A DNA stretch of 64,000 nt from Candidatus Latescibacterota bacterium (GTDB lineage Bacteria > Krumholzibacteriota > Krumholzibacteriia > WVZY01 > JAKEHA01). Numbering within the stretch: position 1 is the stretch's first letter; the number at the start of each line of letters is the position of its first letter. Where the stretch lies: positions 480,001-544,000 of the forward strand of contig OY970173.1 of assembly GCA_963707635.1 (NCBI GenBank), written 5' to 3'. The notes below the pieces were generated by a model. That model did no database searches. It worked only from the letters and a program-made list of their open reading frames with translations, and had not been told where the DNA came from. Shown piece by piece: positions 55,688-64,000 of the stretch. The position numbers and the translations under genes are program-made.

Positions 55688-57723
55688 CGCTCCACCGTCG
55701 CCTTGTCGGTGTCCCGGAGCAGCTGCTCGATCGCGCGCTTCTGGCGGGTGACAGCGCGGTCCTTTCGATTCGGGAGCAGCGTGACCAGCGTGCCCAGGGC
55801 CATCACGAACCCGCCCAACCAGACCCACTGCACCAGCGGATTGATCCACACCTGCATCACGGCGCGGCCGGTGTCCTCCTTGGTGTCCGAGAACACCACG
55901 TACACGTCCTCGACCAGCGCGTGGTGCATGCGCACCTCGGACGTCGTCTGCTGGCTGGCGGGGTAGAAGCGCTTCTCCGGCGACAGCTCGGCGATCTTCT
56001 TGCCGCCCTTCGACACGGCGAGCGTGGCGCTCATGCCGGAAAAATTCGGGTCGGAGACGTCCTCGATGGCGAGGCACTCGAAATCATAGTGGCCGATGGT
56101 GAACGTCTCGCCCACGTTCGCCTCGCCCCAGCCCTCGGTGGTGAACGCACGGCCGGTGAACCCGAGCATGAGCAGCACGAAACCGAAATGCACGATGTAG
56201 CCGCCGTAGCGACGCTTGTTGGTCGAGGTGATTCCGACCAGCGCGGACACCAGGTTCTCGCCGGTGTTGCGCCGGCGGGCGCGCGCGGCGCGCCCAAACT
56301 CGGAGACGAGTGTCACGGTCACGAACACGGCCAGGGCGAACGACATTACCGGGTAGATCGAGCGAACGCCGAGGGCGACGCACACCACCGCGGTCACGAG
56401 TCCGCCGATCGTCGGCCACAGGAAGATTCTCTTCATGCTCTCGAACGAGGTCTTGCGCCACGCCAGTAGCGGGCCCACGCCGGTCAGGAACAGGAGGAAG
56501 AGCGCGATCGGCACGTTGATCTTGTTGAAAAACGGCGCGCCGACGGTGACCTGCTCGCCCTGGATCAGCTCCGAAAATACCGGGAAGAGCGTCCCCCAGA
56601 ACACGGCGAAGCACGCCGCCAGCAGCACCAGATTGTTGAACAGGAAGCTCGCCTCGCGCGAAGCGTAGGAGTCGAGCTGGTTGTCGCTCTTCAGGAATTC
56701 GAGGCGCGTCACCACCAGGTAAATCGCGAACGCGCCCATCAACACCAGGAAGGTGGCGAAGAAGGTGCCGATCGACGACTGCGCGAATGCGTGCACGCTC
56801 GAGACGATCCCGCTGCGGGTGAGGAACGTGCCGAAGATCGCCAGCATGTAGGTGGCCAGGATCAACACGACGTTCCATACCTTGAGCATGTTCTTTCGCT
56901 CCTGCACGATCACCGAGTGCAGGAACGCGGTGCCGGTGAGCCAGGGCATGAGGGAGGCGTTTTCGACTGGATCCCACGCCCAGTACCCGCCCCACCCCAG
57001 CTCGACGTACGCCCAGCGCCCGCCCAGCAGAACGCCGGTGCCGAGGAACAGCCAGGCGAACAGCGTCCAGCGGCGCGCGAGCTTGATCCACCCGGCGCCG
57101 AGCTCGCGCGTGAGCAGGGCCGCCATGCAGAACGCAAACGGCACCACGAAGCCGACGTAACCCAGGTACAGCATCGGCGGGTGGATGACCATCGCGGGAT
57201 GCTGGAGGAGAGGATTGAGCCCGTTGCCATCCTGGGGCGCGAACGCGTGCCGGGCACCGTCGCCGTGGTCGACCACGAGCCGTTCGAACGGGTTCGCGCC
57301 GAACTTGTTCACGATCAGGAAAAACGCTGCCGTGAGCGAGAGCACGCCGAGCGTGTAGGGCACGAGCTTGCCCGCGTAGCGACGGTTGCGAAGCGCCACC
57401 AGCGCGCCGTACATGGTGAGGATCCACGACCAGAACAGGAGCGAACCCTTCTGGCCTCCCCACAGCGAGGCGAACTTGTAGAAGAAGGGAAGGTCGCGGT
57501 TCGAGTATCCGGCGACGTACTCGATCGAGAAGTCGCTGCGCATGAGCAGCACTTCCAGCGCGACCACCGCCAGGGTGACGAAGCCGAAGACTGCGTAGAC
57601 CGCGTGTTCGCCGCTCTTCACCAGCTCGCGCCGCCCCGTCTTCGCCCCGAAGAAGAGAGCGAACAGCGCGTACATGCAGAAGGTCAGCGCAAGCGCGATG
57701 GAGATGTTTCCGAAATCGGCCAC
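55684..57723 (-). CDS. ccmF: Heme lyase CcmF
   Basis: 'LNPLLQ', 'HPP', 'WGGYWAWDPVEN', 'SVHAF'; start 57723 or 57729. Confidence 0.95.
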   Translation of the reverse strand: MADFGNISIALALTFCMYALFALFFGAKTGRRELVKSGEHAVYAVFGFVTLAVVALEVLLMRSDFSIEYVAGYSNRDLPFFYKFASLWGGQKGSLLFWSWILTMYGALVALRNRRYAGKLVPYTLGVLSLTAAFFLIVNKFGANPFERLVVDHGDGARHAFAPQDGNGLNPLLQHPAMVIHPPMLYLGYVGFVVPFAFCMAALLTRELGAGWIKLARRWTLFAWLFLGTGVLLGGRWAYVELGWGGYWAWDPVENASLMPWLTGTAFLHSVIVQERKNMLKVWNVVLILATYMLAIFGTFLTRSGIVSSVHAFAQSSIGTFFATFLVLMGAFAIYLVVTRLEFLKSDNQLDSYASREASFLFNNLVLLAACFAVFWGTLFPVFSELIQGEQVTVGAPFFNKINVPIALFLLFLTGVGPLLAWRKTSFESMKRIFLWPTIGGLVTAVVCVALGVRSIYPVMSFALAVFVTVTLVSEFGRAARARRRNTGENLVSALVGITSTNKRRYGGYIVHFGFVLLMLGFTGRAFTTEGWGEANVGETFTIGHYDFECLAIEDVSDPNFSGMSATLAVSKGGKKIAELSPEKRFYPASQQTTSEVRMHHALVEDVYVVFSDTKEDTGRAVMQVWINPLVQWVWLGGFVMALGTLVTLLPNRKDRAVTRQKRAIEQLLRDTDKATVER

Positions 57724-57765
57724 GGTCAACTCCTGGGTGAGGGTGTGGCGCGGAGACGTCCGGCG

Positions 57766-58248
57766 CTAGTATCCGGCTTGCGTCGAGTCCGCAGACGCGT
57801 TCGACGGCGCCGCCCCGGCGCCTCCGAGTTTGAGCTGGCTCGGATGCTGCGCGTTGGCGCCATACTGCGCCTCGTACTTGGACGCGCACTTGGCCTGAAT
57901 GTGGTCCGCTTCGAAGGAGCCGTCCGCGCGGCGGCGGCCCTCCACGATGGCCTCGGCCCGGTCCTTGAACGTGTCCGGAACCGGCTGGCTGCCGGTGTAG
58001 TGAACCGTCATGGTGTGCGCGGGATCCTGGGTGAGCGTGAAGACGAGCTTCTGGCCATCGCGATCGATCGAACCTTCTTGCACGATCCCCGCCACCCGCA
58101 GGCGCCGGCCATCCGCCGGGTCCATGGCTGCCACTTCATCGATGGTCCGGTAGTAGGCCTTGCCTTCGTTGTAACCGGCGACCGCAAAGTACGCGATCGC
58201 GGACAGGATGATGGCGATGCCGATGGCAAATCGAAACTGTCGGTTCAT
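57766..58248 (-). CDS. ccmE: Heme chaperone CcmE (CxxxY type)
   Basis: 'PDTFKD', 'AKCASKY'. Confidence 0.9.
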   Translation of the reverse strand: MNRQFRFAIGIAIILSAIAYFAVAGYNEGKAYYRTIDEVAAMDPADGRRLRVAGIVQEGSIDRDGQKLVFTLTQDPAHTMTVHYTGSQPVPDTFKDRAEAIVEGRRRADGSFEADHIQAKCASKYEAQYGANAQHPSQLKLGGAGAAPSNASADSTQAGY

Positions 58249-58371
58249 ACGGATGCTCCAGTGGTAGGAACGTCAGTGGCCGGTGCGGCGACCCTCACGC
58301 CGTCATCAATATAGCCGAAGCGCAGGGATGCGTACAATGCGCGGCACGTGAGTGCGTTCACAAGTTATCGA

Positions 58372-58390
58372 TTGTAGAATAATTATACAA
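58372..58390. promoter_or_regulatory. Near-perfect palindromic operator candidate
   Basis: TTGTAGAAT-A-ATTATACAA (8/9 match) in the AT-rich ccmE/tolC divergent spacer. Confidence 0.45.
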
Positions 58391-58544
58391 CATTGGACTA
58401 TATTGTTCGTTTTGCTGGCCAACCTGCTCCGGTTCTCTTCGGGTTCTGACTATGTAATTTATTCATAAATATACTCTTACGTCGGTATCAGCCGATTCGA
58501 CGACCGTGGCACCGCGTTTGCGGTTGCTCAAAGGGGAATCCGGT

Positions 58545-59840
58545 ATGTATCGACGAGCAATTTTTGCCGCACTTCTAAGCCTCTGCCCGGTCGGCTCCGG
58601 CCTGGCCCGGGGAGCGGAGGCCCCCGCAGACACGACTGCTCCACGCACCCTCGCCGACTACCTCGCGATGGCGCGGTCCTCCAGCCCCGCGCTCAAGTCG
58701 GTGCAGGCGGGTGCGGTGGCGGCGCGCGAACGCATCGGGGTGGCGCGCGGCTATCCCGACCCCGCGGTTCTCTACGGCTATTACCTCGACGCGGATGAAT
58801 CCGGTCACGTGCCCTCGATGAAGGGGCGCAGCGAGCTGACGCTGATGCAGGAGATTCCATTCTTCGGCAAGCGGGGGATGCGCGGCGAGGTCGCGTCGAG
58901 TGAGGCGGCGGTCGCATCGCGCGTGGGCGACGCGGCGTTGCTCGAACTCGAGTACCAGGTAAAGGTCGGGTTCTTCGAGCTGGCGCGAACGCATGAGGTC
59001 GCGCGCGTCCTCGAGCAGGAGCGGGCGCTGATCGAGCAGATGCGCGACGTTTCGTTCTCGCGCTACTCGTCCGGAACGGCGGAGCAGTACGAGGTCCTCA
59101 AGCTGGACATGACGGTCGCGCAGATCGACGACCAGATCACGATGAACGAACACGACCTCGCGATGGCATCCGCGCGCCTCAATGAATGGATCGGCCGCGA
59201 CGCGGCGTCTCCATTGCCATCTCCGCGGTGGCAGATTCCCGGCGAGCCCGAGATCGAAGATACCGCGGTGGTCGACAGCGCGATCGCGCACCGGCCCGAG
59301 GTAGCCTCCGCGCAGGCGGAGATCGACGCGGCAGAGAGTTCGCGCCGCCTCGCCGGCCGAGAGTACTTTCCCGACCTGGTGCTTGGAGTGCAGTGGGAAT
59401 TCGGTGGAGAAGAGGACGCGCTGGGCAACCAGATGGGGGACAGTTGGGAGGTTCTGGCCGGCATCAGCCTTCCGCTCTGGATCGGCAAGCGGCGCGCCCA
59501 GTCGCGCGAGGCCGACGCGCGCGCCGCGAGCGCACAGCACGGGCTCGAGGCTGTGCACCTGCGCGTCGCGCGCGACGTGGAGGAATCGAGGCACGGGGTC
59601 ATGTCCGCGTGGGAACGGCTCGAGCGCTTCGACCGCGAGATCCTGCCGCGCGCGGAGCAGGCCTTCCGCTCGACCGAGGCCGGGTACCGGGCCGGGCGCG
59701 CGGATCTCCTCGACTACCTGGATAGCGAGCGCATGTGGCTTGGGATGCGCAAGGAATACTATGGGGTCGCCGCGGAGCTCGGCGCGCAGACCGCAGCGCT
59801 CGAGCGCGCACTGGGTCGCACGGGGGTGACGGGCGAATGA
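58545..59840 (+). CDS. TolC/CusC family outer-membrane efflux protein
   Basis: Signal peptide, 'YPDP', 'QEIPFFGKR', 'ISLPLW', 'YRAG'. Confidence 0.88.
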   Translation: MYRRAIFAALLSLCPVGSGLARGAEAPADTTAPRTLADYLAMARSSSPALKSVQAGAVAARERIGVARGYPDPAVLYGYYLDADESGHVPSMKGRSELTLMQEIPFFGKRGMRGEVASSEAAVASRVGDAALLELEYQVKVGFFELARTHEVARVLEQERALIEQMRDVSFSRYSSGTAEQYEVLKLDMTVAQIDDQITMNEHDLAMASARLNEWIGRDAASPLPSPRWQIPGEPEIEDTAVVDSAIAHRPEVASAQAEIDAAESSRRLAGREYFPDLVLGVQWEFGGEEDALGNQMGDSWEVLAGISLPLWIGKRRAQSREADARAASAQHGLEAVHLRVARDVEESRHGVMSAWERLERFDREILPRAEQAFRSTEAGYRAGRADLLDYLDSERMWLGMRKEYYGVAAELGAQTAALERALGRTGVTGE

Positions 59841-61099
59841 AACGCCGGGGTCTCGTCCTGGGTTTCGTCTTCATCATCGCCGCGGGTGTGGGCGCGTGTT
59901 CGCGGTCCTCCGAGCAGGCGCCCGCGTCGTCCCCGGACACCACGGTCACGCACGCGATCGTGTACACCTGCACGATGCATCCGTCGGTGCGCCAGTCCGA
60001 GCCCGGACGCTGTCCGCTGTGCGGCATGGATCTGATCCCGGTGGAGCCGGCGGCCCACGTGGACACCGCCGGCGTCGATCTCACGTTCACCGTCAACACC
60101 GCCAAGCAGCAGCTCGCCGGCGTCACCTTCGCGAGCGTGGAGCGCCGGCCGGTCACAAAGTCGATCCGTGTGTATGGAACGGTCGACTACGACGAAACCA
60201 GGCTCGCGGTGGTGAATCTCCGGGTCAGCGGGTGGATCGAGCACCTGTTCGCCGATTTCACCGGCCAGTTCGTCCGCCAGGGCGACCCGCTGTTCGCCAT
60301 CTACAGCCCCGACCTCGTCTCCGCGCAGAGCGAGTACCTGCTGGCCCGGAAGGTCGCGCTGCGCTACCCCGGGCAGACGGCGGATCCCGACCTGGTCAGG
60401 ACGGCGCGCGAACGCCTGCGCCTGTGGCAGTTCACCGACCAGCAGGTTCACGAGCTCGAAGCACGGGGCGAGGCGCAGACGAGCGTCACGCTGGTTGCAC
60501 CCGTGTCCGGTTACGTGGTGGAAAAGAACGCGGTCGAAGGCATGCGCGTCGAGCCCGGCATGACGCTCTACCGAATCGCGGATCTCTCGACGGTGTGGGT
60601 GCAGGCGGAAGTGTACGAATACGACCTGCCGCTGGTGCGGATCGGACAGGAAGCGATGGTCGCGGTCCCGTCCGAAGGGGACCGGGCGCGGTCCGGCGAA
60701 GTCACCTACATCGACCCCGTGCTGAACCCGGAGACGCGCACGGCGCGGGTTCGCGTCGCGCTGGCGAACCCCGACGGCGCGTTGAAACCGGACATGTACG
60801 CGACCGTCACCTTGCGCGCCGAGCTGGGCGAGCGGCTCGTCGTTCCCAGGGCGGCGGTGCTGTCGACCGGCGAGCGCGAAATCGCATTCGTCGACCGCGG
60901 CGGCGGCCGCCTGGAGGTGCGCTTCGTTCACACGGGGGTTCGTGCGGATGAGTTCAGCGAGATCCTGCACGGGCTCGCCGCGGGCGAACGCGTGGTGACC
61001 TCCGCCAACTTCCTGATCGACGCCGAAAGCCGGGTGCAGGGGGTGTTGCAGCGCCTCGAAGAGAACGCACCCGCACCGGCTCCCGCGCACCGGCATTGA
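59837..61099 (+). CDS. cusB: CusB-type RND periplasmic adaptor with heavy-metal-binding domain
   Basis: 'YTCTMHP...PGRCPLCGMDL', 'YSPDL', 'LKPDMY', 'FLIDAES'. Confidence 0.88.
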   Translation: MKRRGLVLGFVFIIAAGVGACSRSSEQAPASSPDTTVTHAIVYTCTMHPSVRQSEPGRCPLCGMDLIPVEPAAHVDTAGVDLTFTVNTAKQQLAGVTFASVERRPVTKSIRVYGTVDYDETRLAVVNLRVSGWIEHLFADFTGQFVRQGDPLFAIYSPDLVSAQSEYLLARKVALRYPGQTADPDLVRTARERLRLWQFTDQQVHELEARGEAQTSVTLVAPVSGYVVEKNAVEGMRVEPGMTLYRIADLSTVWVQAEVYEYDLPLVRIGQEAMVAVPSEGDRARSGEVTYIDPVLNPETRTARVRVALANPDGALKPDMYATVTLRAELGERLVVPRAAVLSTGEREIAFVDRGGGRLEVRFVHTGVRADEFSEILHGLAAGERVVTSANFLIDAESRVQGVLQRLEENAPAPAPAHRH

Positions 61100-61106
61100 C
61101 GCTCCC

Positions 61107-64000
61107 ATGATCGAGCGGATCATCGAATACTGCGCGCGCAACCGCTTCATCGTCTTCTCGGTGCTTGCGTTCGCGATGGCGTGGGGGCTGTGGTCGCTCG
61201 ACCACACCCCGCTCGACGCCGTCCCCGACCTCTCCGACGCCCAGGTGATCGTGTGGACCGAGTGGATGGGCCGCAGCCCCGACCTGGTCGAGGACCAGGT
61301 CACCTACCCCATCATCGCGAAGCTGGTCGCCGCGCCCCGAGTGCGCGCGGTGCGGGGCGTCTCGATGTTCGGGATGTCGTTCGTGTACGTGATCTTCGAG
61401 GACGGCACCGACATCTACTGGGCGCGCAGCCGCGTGCTCGAATACATGAACACGGTGCGCGGCAAGCTTCCGCCCGATGTCAACCCCGTCCTCGGTCCCG
61501 ACGCGACCAGCGTCGGCTGGGTGTTCGAATACGCGCTCGTCGACGAAACCGGCGCGCACTCGCTCGCCGACCTCCGTTCGTTCCAGGACTGGACGCTGAA
61601 GTACTACCTCGAGGCGGTGCCAGGGGTGGCCGAGGTCGCGTCGGTCGGCGGGTTCGTCAAGCAGTACCAGGTGAACGTCGACCCGCAGGCGCTGGTGGCG
61701 TACCGAATCCCGCTCACCGCCGTGGTGGACGCGGTGCGCAAGAGCAACGCGGACGTCGGTGGCCGCATCGTCGAGTTCTCATCGACGGAGTACTTCGTGC
61801 GCGGGCGCGGCTACATCCACTCGGTCGCCGACATCGAGAACATCGCGGTGGGCATTGACCGGCACGGCACCCCCGTGCTGGTGAAGAACATCGGCTCGGT
61901 GGAGATTGGTCCCGACATCCGCCGCGGGCTCGCGGAACTCGACGGCAAGGGCGAGGTGGTCGGCGGGATCGTGATCATGCGCTACGGCGAAAACGCGCTG
62001 GACGTCATCGATCACGTGAAAGAGAAGCTCGCCGAGATCGAACCCTCGCTCCCCCCCGGAGTGAAGGTCGTCGTCGCCTACGACCGCTCGGACCTGATCC
62101 ATCGCGCCATCGACGTCCTGCGCAAGAGCCTGTTCGAAGAAATGCTGGTGGTGAGCCTCGTCATCATCCTGTTTCTCATGCATTTCCAGAGCGCCCTGGT
62201 TCCGATCGTGACCCTGCCCATCGCGGTGCTGCTCTCGTTCATTCCGATGCACTATCTCGGGATCACCTCGAACATCATGTCGCTGGGCGGGATCGCGATC
62301 GCGATCGGCGCGATGGTGGACGCGTCGATCGTGCTGGTCGAGAACGCCCACAAGCGGCTCGAAGAAGTCGGCGAGTCGGTGAGCAAGGCCGAACGCGAGC
62401 AGGTCGTGCTCGACGCGCTCAAGAGCGTCGGCCGCCCCATCTTCTTCTCGCTCCTCGTTGTCACGGTGTCGTTCTTTCCAATCTTCAGCCTTCAGGCCCA
62501 GGAAGGACGTCTGTTCAAACCGCTGGCGTACACCAAGACCTTCTCGATGATGTTCGCCGCGCTGCTCGCGATCACGGTCGCACCCGCCCTCATCTTCTGG
62601 CTCGTGCGCGGGCACGTACGGCCGGAGGAAAAGCATCCGGTGAGCCGCGCCCTGCACCGCCTGTATCACCCGGTGGTCGATTTCGTGCTGCGATTCCACA
62701 AGGCCTTCCTCGTGGGGGCGATGGTGGTGGTGCTCTCCGCCGTCCCGGCCTTCCTGCAGCTGGGCTCGGAGTTCATGCCGCCGCTCAACGAGGGGACGAT
62801 CCTCTACATGCCCACCTCGGTGCCGGGGCTGCCGGTCGGCGAGGCCAGCCGCATCCTCCAGATCCAGGACCGCATCCTCCGGGAATTTCCCGAAGTTCAA
62901 ACCGTGTTCGGCAAGATCGGTCGCGCGGAAACGCCCACCGATCCCGCCCCGCTGAGCATGGTCGAGACGGTGGTGACGCTCAAGCCGGAGCGCGAGTGGC
63001 GACCGGGCATGACGTGGGAGAAGCTCGTGGCCGAGATGGATGCCAAGCTTCAGTTCCCCGGCATGGCGAACATCTGGTGGATGCCGATCCAGACCCGAAA
63101 CGAAATGCTCACCACCGGTATTCGCAGCAATCTGGGCGTGAAGATCTTCGGGCCGGACCTCCGGGAGATCGAGAAGATCGGGGTGCAGATCGAGCAAGTC
63201 TTGAAAGAACTCCCCGGCACGCGCTCGGCGTTCGCCGAGCGGGTGACGACCGGGCACTACCTGGACTTCGACGTGCGGCGCGAGGCCATCGCGCGCTATG
63301 GACTCAGCGTCGACGACGTGAACATGATCGTACAGTCGGCGATCGGCGGCGAGAACGTAACCACCACGGTGGAGGGCAAGGAGCGCTACCCGGTCAACGT
63401 GCGCTATGCGCGCGAGCTGCGCGACGACCTCGACGAGCTCGAACGCGTGCTGGTGCCGACGCCGAGCGGCGCCCAGGTGCCCATCGCCCAGCTCGCGGAC
63501 ATCCGCTTTTCCACCAGCGCGCCCATGATCTACAACGACGGCGGCTCGCGCGTGGGCTATGTCTTCGTCGACGTCAAGGGCAAGAGCTACGGCGACTATG
63601 TCGTTGCCGCGAAGCAGACCATCCATGAGCACGTGAAGCTGCCTCCCGGGTACTACCTGCAATTCGCCGGTCAGTACGAGCATATGGAACGCATGAAGGC
63701 GCGGCTGCGGGTCGTGATCCCGGTCACGCTCTTTCTCGTGCTCTTTCTCATCTACATAAACACGCGCTCGCGTACCAAGACGGCGATCGTCCTGCTCGCG
63801 GTCCCGTTTTCGCTGGTCGGTGCGTTCTGGTTTCTCTACCTGCTGGGCTACAACCTCTCGAGCGCGGTGTGGGTGGGCCTGATCGCGCTCGCGGGTATCG
63901 ACGCCGAGACCGGCATCATCATGCTGCTGTATCTGGACCTCGCCTACGACGACATGCGCAAGGCCGGGCGCATGCGCACGCCGGACGACCTGCGCGAGGC
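61107..64000 (+). CDS. cusA: CusA/CzcA family heavy-metal RND permease (partial, runs off the window)
   Basis: MIERIIEYCARNRF..., 'LDAVPDLSD', 'GPDATSVGWV', 'AIGAMVDA', 'WWMPIQTRNEML'. Confidence 0.92.
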   Translation, partial: MIERIIEYCARNRFIVFSVLAFAMAWGLWSLDHTPLDAVPDLSDAQVIVWTEWMGRSPDLVEDQVTYPIIAKLVAAPRVRAVRGVSMFGMSFVYVIFEDGTDIYWARSRVLEYMNTVRGKLPPDVNPVLGPDATSVGWVFEYALVDETGAHSLADLRSFQDWTLKYYLEAVPGVAEVASVGGFVKQYQVNVDPQALVAYRIPLTAVVDAVRKSNADVGGRIVEFSSTEYFVRGRGYIHSVADIENIAVGIDRHGTPVLVKNIGSVEIGPDIRRGLAELDGKGEVVGGIVIMRYGENALDVIDHVKEKLAEIEPSLPPGVKVVVAYDRSDLIHRAIDVLRKSLFEEMLVVSLVIILFLMHFQSALVPIVTLPIAVLLSFIPMHYLGITSNIMSLGGIAIAIGAMVDASIVLVENAHKRLEEVGESVSKAEREQVVLDALKSVGRPIFFSLLVVTVSFFPIFSLQAQEGRLFKPLAYTKTFSMMFAALLAITVAPALIFWLVRGHVRPEEKHPVSRALHRLYHPVVDFVLRFHKAFLVGAMVVVLSAVPAFLQLGSEFMPPLNEGTILYMPTSVPGLPVGEASRILQIQDRILREFPEVQTVFGKIGRAETPTDPAPLSMVETVVTLKPEREWRPGMTWEKLVAEMDAKLQFPGMANIWWMPIQTRNEMLTTGIRSNLGVKIFGPDLREIEKIGVQIEQVLKELPGTRSAFAERVTTGHYLDFDVRREAIARYGLSVDDVNMIVQSAIGGENVTTTVEGKERYPVNVRYARELRDDLDELERVLVPTPSGAQVPIAQLADIRFSTSAPMIYNDGGSRVGYVFVDVKGKSYGDYVVAAKQTIHEHVKLPPGYYLQFAGQYEHMERMKARLRVVIPVTLFLVLFLIYINTRSRTKTAIVLLAVPFSLVGAFWFLYLLGYNLSSAVWVGLIALAGIDAETGIIMLLYLDLAYDDMRKAGRMRTPDDLRE

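Noticed and set aside
61779..63683. Long antisense or alternate-frame ORFs (also 9838-11757, 40494-42362, 56791-58314 and others)
   Set aside because: Shadow ORFs of high-GC coding DNA that overlap well-supported genes

Overview
High-GC bacterial chromosomal window that is densely protein-coding. No rRNA, tRNA, CRISPR array, transposase, integrase or phage gene was recognised. Main content: (1) a dispersed futalosine-pathway menaquinone gene set (UbiA-like mqnP, ubiX, ubiD-like decarboxylase, mqnE, mqnA, frameshifted mqnC, mqnD). Between mqnA and mqnC sits a six-gene hydrogenase-4-like operon whose large subunit lacks the Ni-binding cysteines (Ehr-type complex). (2) A monoheme lipoprotein plus a di-heme cytochrome/beta-barrel fusion. 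(3) A PNAG-like pgaD-C-A-B operon. (4) An ECF sigma/anti-sigma locus and a STAS/anti-sigma kinase pair. (5) A System I cytochrome c maturation operon. (6) A CusCBA-type RND efflux operon that runs off the end. Non-coding signals read by eye: a four-copy structured repeat with compensatory base changes, always 8-21 nt downstream of a stop codon and twice read in-frame at a gene start; a 95-bp element with 20-bp terminal inverted repeats; five phased ATTGTCAA boxes in an AT-rich spacer; four sigma54-type promoters; and a duplicated ECF-like promoter in front of a structured region or small ORF. All functional calls come from motif and family recognition without database searches.
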